Shown here: positions 59,945 through 64,000 of the stretch, piece by piece
Numbering within the stretch: position 1 is the stretch's first letter
Layout: every line of letters starts with the position of its first letter
Origin: Massalongia carnosa
Lineage: Eukaryota
Direction of reading: 5' to 3'
Length of the DNA: 64,000 nucleotides
NCBI GenBank assembly: GCA_965645245.1
Contig: OZ287075.1
Coordinates: 1,984,001 to 2,048,000, forward strand
Notes under the pieces: generated by a model
What the model saw: only the letters and a program-made list of their open reading frames with translations
The model's database searches: none
Told to the model about the DNA's origin: nothing
Position numbers and translations under genes: made by a program

Positions 59945-60491
59945 GGTTTCGTGGTTTGGACTGTTACTTTTTGGGGTTTAGTATTTTCACTATCGTTATT
60001 GCATGATGTTTGTAGTGGCGTGGCTGTTGGATTATTCGTTGCATGCCAGGCGTGGAAAGGCTTTTGTTGGGCATCATTATGCGGGATACATCGTCGAGGC
60101 GGTTTTTCGAACCTCGCAACGGTTTTAGCCCAGGGTTCGGGCATTTCAGCTCAAAGAGCCGCTACTGCGGACCTCGATAGAAGGGAAGTTTTCTTCAAAT
60201 GTATATGTTGTTCTTCGGAACCCATCATTCTTTTCCTGGTCAAAGGTCTTGGAAAAGGGGATGTGACTGCTACATTCCAACGGCATCAGTAAAGAGTACC
60301 AGTAGAGTCGTATTGAGCTAAACCACTTTAAGAATAGATCAGGTGATCTTTTCTCGAACTTGAATAGGATTGATTAATGCTTTGATCGTTAACTAAGTAG
60401 AACCCATAGAATATCAACCTCCCATCTCTTCCACCCTGAACCGAGACACCTTCCTACCTACCTACCTACCTATCTACTCACCCAACCAACC

Positions 60492-61501
60492 ATGGATCTC
60501 GTCGCCGGAATCCGAAAAGAGGGTAGTCGGTGATATCCTCCTGCCCTTCCCCCCCCTCAATGAGATAACTCCCTACTAGAAAAGCCCGCTGACAATAACG
60601 GCACACATAGTGGTGGCAGAGACGCCTTTAAATGGGAAGATGTCAAGGATGACCAGCATCGCGAAAATTACCTTGGGCATTCCCTCATGGCGCGTATGTC
60701 CAGCTAACCCCCACTTCCCCCTCGTGCCTAACTAAACTGACCCCTACTCTCTCGCCAGCTGTTGGTCGGTGGCAAAAACGCAAAGATCTCTCCTGGTACG
60801 CCAAAGGCGACGCCTCGCAAGCAGCCACTGACGCCGCCGCGGTACGCGCGGAGGAAATTCGCCGCATCAAGGAGGCCGAGCAAGACGCGCTGAGCGAGGC
60901 GCTGGGCTTCAAGGTCGAGCCGCGGCTGCAGGACCATCAGGTGGCTGGGCCGAGGGAGGTGGAACGGGCAATTCGAGAAGCGGCAGCTGAGGAGGGGGAG
61001 GGAGAGGAAGGTGAATGGGGGAAGGGGGTGGGGTTTGGGGGTTTTAGGGGAGTGGTTAAGGGGGAGGAGGGCGAGGGCGAGGGGGAGGGGGAGAGGATGA
61101 TGGGTTATGGAGGCGGGAAAGGGGGATTGGAGGGTGGGTTGGGGAAGGGTGGGGAGAAGAGGGAGAAGAGGGAACACAGGAAGAGGAGGAGAAGCTTGAG
61201 TCGTGAGGAGGAAAGAGCTGATCATCGGCGCTGGAAAGATGACGGAGCTATAGATCGCAAAAACGCGGATAGAGACAGGGATCGGGATCGGGATCGGGAT
61301 CGGGATCGGAATCGGGATCGGGATCGGAATTGGGATCGAGATCGAGATCGAAGAGGGCGAGGCTGTGATGGAGGGGAAACTCATCATGATTACCATCATC
61401 ATCAGCGACGCGGGGATCGCTCGACTGAGAGACATCATCGACGCCGTCGCTCCCGTTCGAGAAGTTACGAGAGGCGGAGAGAGAAGGAAGAGCGGCTTTA
61501 G
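60492..61501 (+). CDS. MMtag-domain (MMTAG2/C1orf35-like) protein with RD/RS-rich tail
   Basis: Three exons: [13 protein letters not shown] / [27 protein letters not shown] / [35 protein letters not shown]. (GATCGG)n at ~61270-61350 encodes RD dipeptides. Confidence 0.9.
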
Positions 61502-62078
61502 TTATTAAAGCAGCCAGGAATGCTATCTAAACTGATCTATAGAATGATAAAGCTCCTCGAAAGAATGAGCCGCGAAGTACTTCGTAGCTGTTTTGCATAA
61601 AGCGCTCAATCATAGAGTATGCTGGCTAAACCTGCTTGAGTCAATGCCAATGAGCAGACACGCAATGGTAGCAATTCGGGAAGGTTCAGTGACCGTTTAG
61701 CATGTTTTTTTTGGGAAACAAGTGGTTCTACCGTTATTGATCTGACATTTAGTCCTGAAGCATGCAGTGATACGCAAATCTATCCAACCACCACGTTTAA
61801 TCCCATGATACTCTTTTCCGAATATATTCAGCATACACGTAATATAACTCCCCGGTGCTATCATCTATCACCTGAAATGATAAGCTCTCCGATCTACTTC
61901 AAATAATACTTCCATACTAAATGAAGTGCTGTACTTTGGGTTTCAGCGCTTATAGTCCCTCTACTCCATATATCATCGTCCTCTGGTACTGGCTGGTAAG
62001 CAAAGTTTCTTTACGCCAAGTTTAATTTACAAGCACTTCATAGCATTAGTTGGCTTGCATTACTAATTATGATAAAAG

Positions 62079-63352
62079 CTATACTAAGTCAAATCAGATC
62101 GGAGTGCCTTTCATTCTCATGAGCAAAGCTCATGGATCTCCTCTCAGCACGCGCAGTTGGCGTCCTCTATCAGATTACCCACCAAAGGGTATCACAACAC
62201 CGGATCGACATCTCACAAAAGGAGAGAAAGAGAAGGTTATGAAGCAGCTTGGGGCAATAGTCTCACAGTTGTCAGAGTTGCGGCTTGATAAGATAGGTTC
62301 GCTGTTTGAAGACGAAGGATATTACGCCGTGAAATGTTGTCTTTCACCAGGACTTTTTTTGCACGATAGGTACAGATTACCCGAAATTTCCCATGGGCCA
62401 TTTCTCCAGGAGAGTGACTACTATCAGTCCCTTCTTTCTGCATTTCTTCTGCATATTCAATGTCTTTCGTTGGAGCACCATGCCTTCTTCGCTCCTGTAC
62501 CTGTTCTGGCAGAATACAACAGCTATGCCAGCTACCTATCTGCGGTAGACCGATGGAGCGATTTCGTTACTGTTGGCGCAACGATCGATAGTAGTAAGAA
62601 TCGATTAGACTATTTCATCGCTGGTCAGTTCCTTCACAACATGATACCCAGCTTCGCAATCAAACTCACCGAGTTTCGCAAGCACTTCCGGCAACGGATT
62701 TCCTCTGCGCCATCCTGATCTCAGCGTTAATAATATCTTTGTCGACGATGATTGCAATATTACTTGTATCATTGACTGGACATTTACGTCCTCGGTACCT
62801 ATGGCCGAGCTTCTTATGACGCCCGGTTTGCCTCACCCAAGGAATGATATTGAATCATCATTGACTGCTGCCTTCAGAGCTGGGTTCACGGATCATTGGG
62901 AAAAAAGTGAAGAAGGCAAGACACTCCATCCTGCAGTTTGGAAGTCCACAAGAAAGGTGTGGCTTTTTACAATGCTAGTTAATTTGGATGCCTTGCAAGA
63001 CTACAGCCACTTTGTGGGGCTGTATGCGTTAGTTTTTGGGAAGCAAACAACGGACATACCCACGCTTTCCAGGGAACAGCATAAGGAAGCTGCAATTTCG
63101 CAGATGGCAAAATCGCTTGCAGCGGATGATCAGCCACTAAGCGCTATTCAACGTAGAGAGAACGCCTATTTCTCCTGTGTGGGCTCTGAGAGGCACGCAT
63201 TGGCAAGGAAGCTTAATGTAGCGTCGGCGCCAAGCGGGAGGTTTGTAGCGGATAGAAAATTATGGCACTGGATCGCCAATGCTGTGCCATGCTCAAGCCT
63301 CAACGACAATACCACTGTGAAAAAAGCCAGCATAGGGCACACAAGCGTCTAG
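62079..63352 (+). pseudogene. APH/phosphotransferase-like (protein-kinase-like fold) gene, 5'-truncated and frameshifted
   Basis: SNQIGVPFILMSKAHG..LRLDKIGSL..GPF is in one frame (stop at 62718). The catalytic GFPLRHPDLSVNNIFVDDDCNITCIIDW is in another frame, continuous with ORF 62801-63352. No N-lobe exons recognisable upstream. Confidence 0.75.
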
Positions 63353-64000
63353 TATGAGCAAGCGCCTCGCACGGATAAGCAACTACATACATAGATGCAT
63401 CCAGGCGGTCACACCAAACCAGTCTCCACGTAACCGCCGTCATATCCTTCAAGCACCAAATGGGAGGTTTTTTCCCACCCTCGATACCCCTAGCTAGCTT
63501 AGTTTTATAGTTCCAAAAAACAGCTCCAAATCTCGACAACTCAAGGCAATAAACTATAAATAGGGGCTTTGTTTATCTATTGATCGATTGGCTATAAAAA
63601 TAACCTGCTGATTTGGCCCATAATCGAATCCGTTTAAATCGATTTATCATAGAATGAAACGACTTTTGTCTCCTTTTCTTTATTTTTTCCCCCGTGGACT
63701 GATGATATCTTCACTCTTTCCAACCCTCTCACCCACTCATTCAGTAATACTGAGCCCGTATAAATACTCCTATTAAAAGTACCTACCTACCTAGGTACCC
63801 CCCTCCCTCCTTCCCCAGAATCGCAACTAGAGTTCCCAGAAAGAAAGAAAGAGATAGCCAACCCACCAACCAACCAACCTGCTGCCGCAAGGCTTGCATG
63901 AGAGATTTATCAGATGGCTCGTTTTCTGGCCCTTCAATAGGCCCTATATGAAGTTTTTCACTTCGAGTGCACTCAGTGATAGCCTGACAAATAGCGGCGG

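Noticed and set aside
60728..61438. 236-aa minus ORF with (IP)n run
   Set aside because: Antisense translation of the RD-repeat and G-rich coding region of the MMtag gene.
1..64000. tRNA/rRNA genes, autonomous transposons and secondary-metabolite cluster genes
   Set aside because: No cloverleaf/T-arm, rRNA, transposase/RT or PKS/NRPS motifs recognised by eye. A tRNAscan-SE/Infernal run is needed to exclude small RNAs.

Overview
Eukaryotic, intron-containing DNA from a filamentous ascomycete (Pezizomycotina). The gene set and GT-AG introns with CTRAC branch points support this. About 21 apparently intact genes, mostly housekeeping: PUF3-type Pumilio (runs off the left end), HUS1, a GAS2/GAR-domain protein, GYP7, TDA3-like oxidoreductase, CRT10, ITT1-like RBR ligase, CAX4/CWH8, SER1, LYS4, an ATG22-family MFS, FAR11/HAM-2, AIM32-like ferredoxin, MTQ1-like methyltransferase, CYC2-like reductase, a LAT-type amino-acid permease and an MMtag protein. 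Accessory patches hold three damaged genes (MYND, F-box, APH-like kinase). Best candidate for something new: a secreted 502-aa protein (31288-32882, minus) with a HEFTH zincin resembling the bacterial DUF4157/eCIS-core family, an LGFP-like segment and a duplicated Cys-rich tail. Also notable: a 284-bp MITE with 19-bp TIRs, an exact 8-bp target-site duplication and RIP-type mutations; and a SER1-LYS4 head-to-head pair sharing a Gcn4/CpcA site. All family calls are by eye from motifs; no database search was run.
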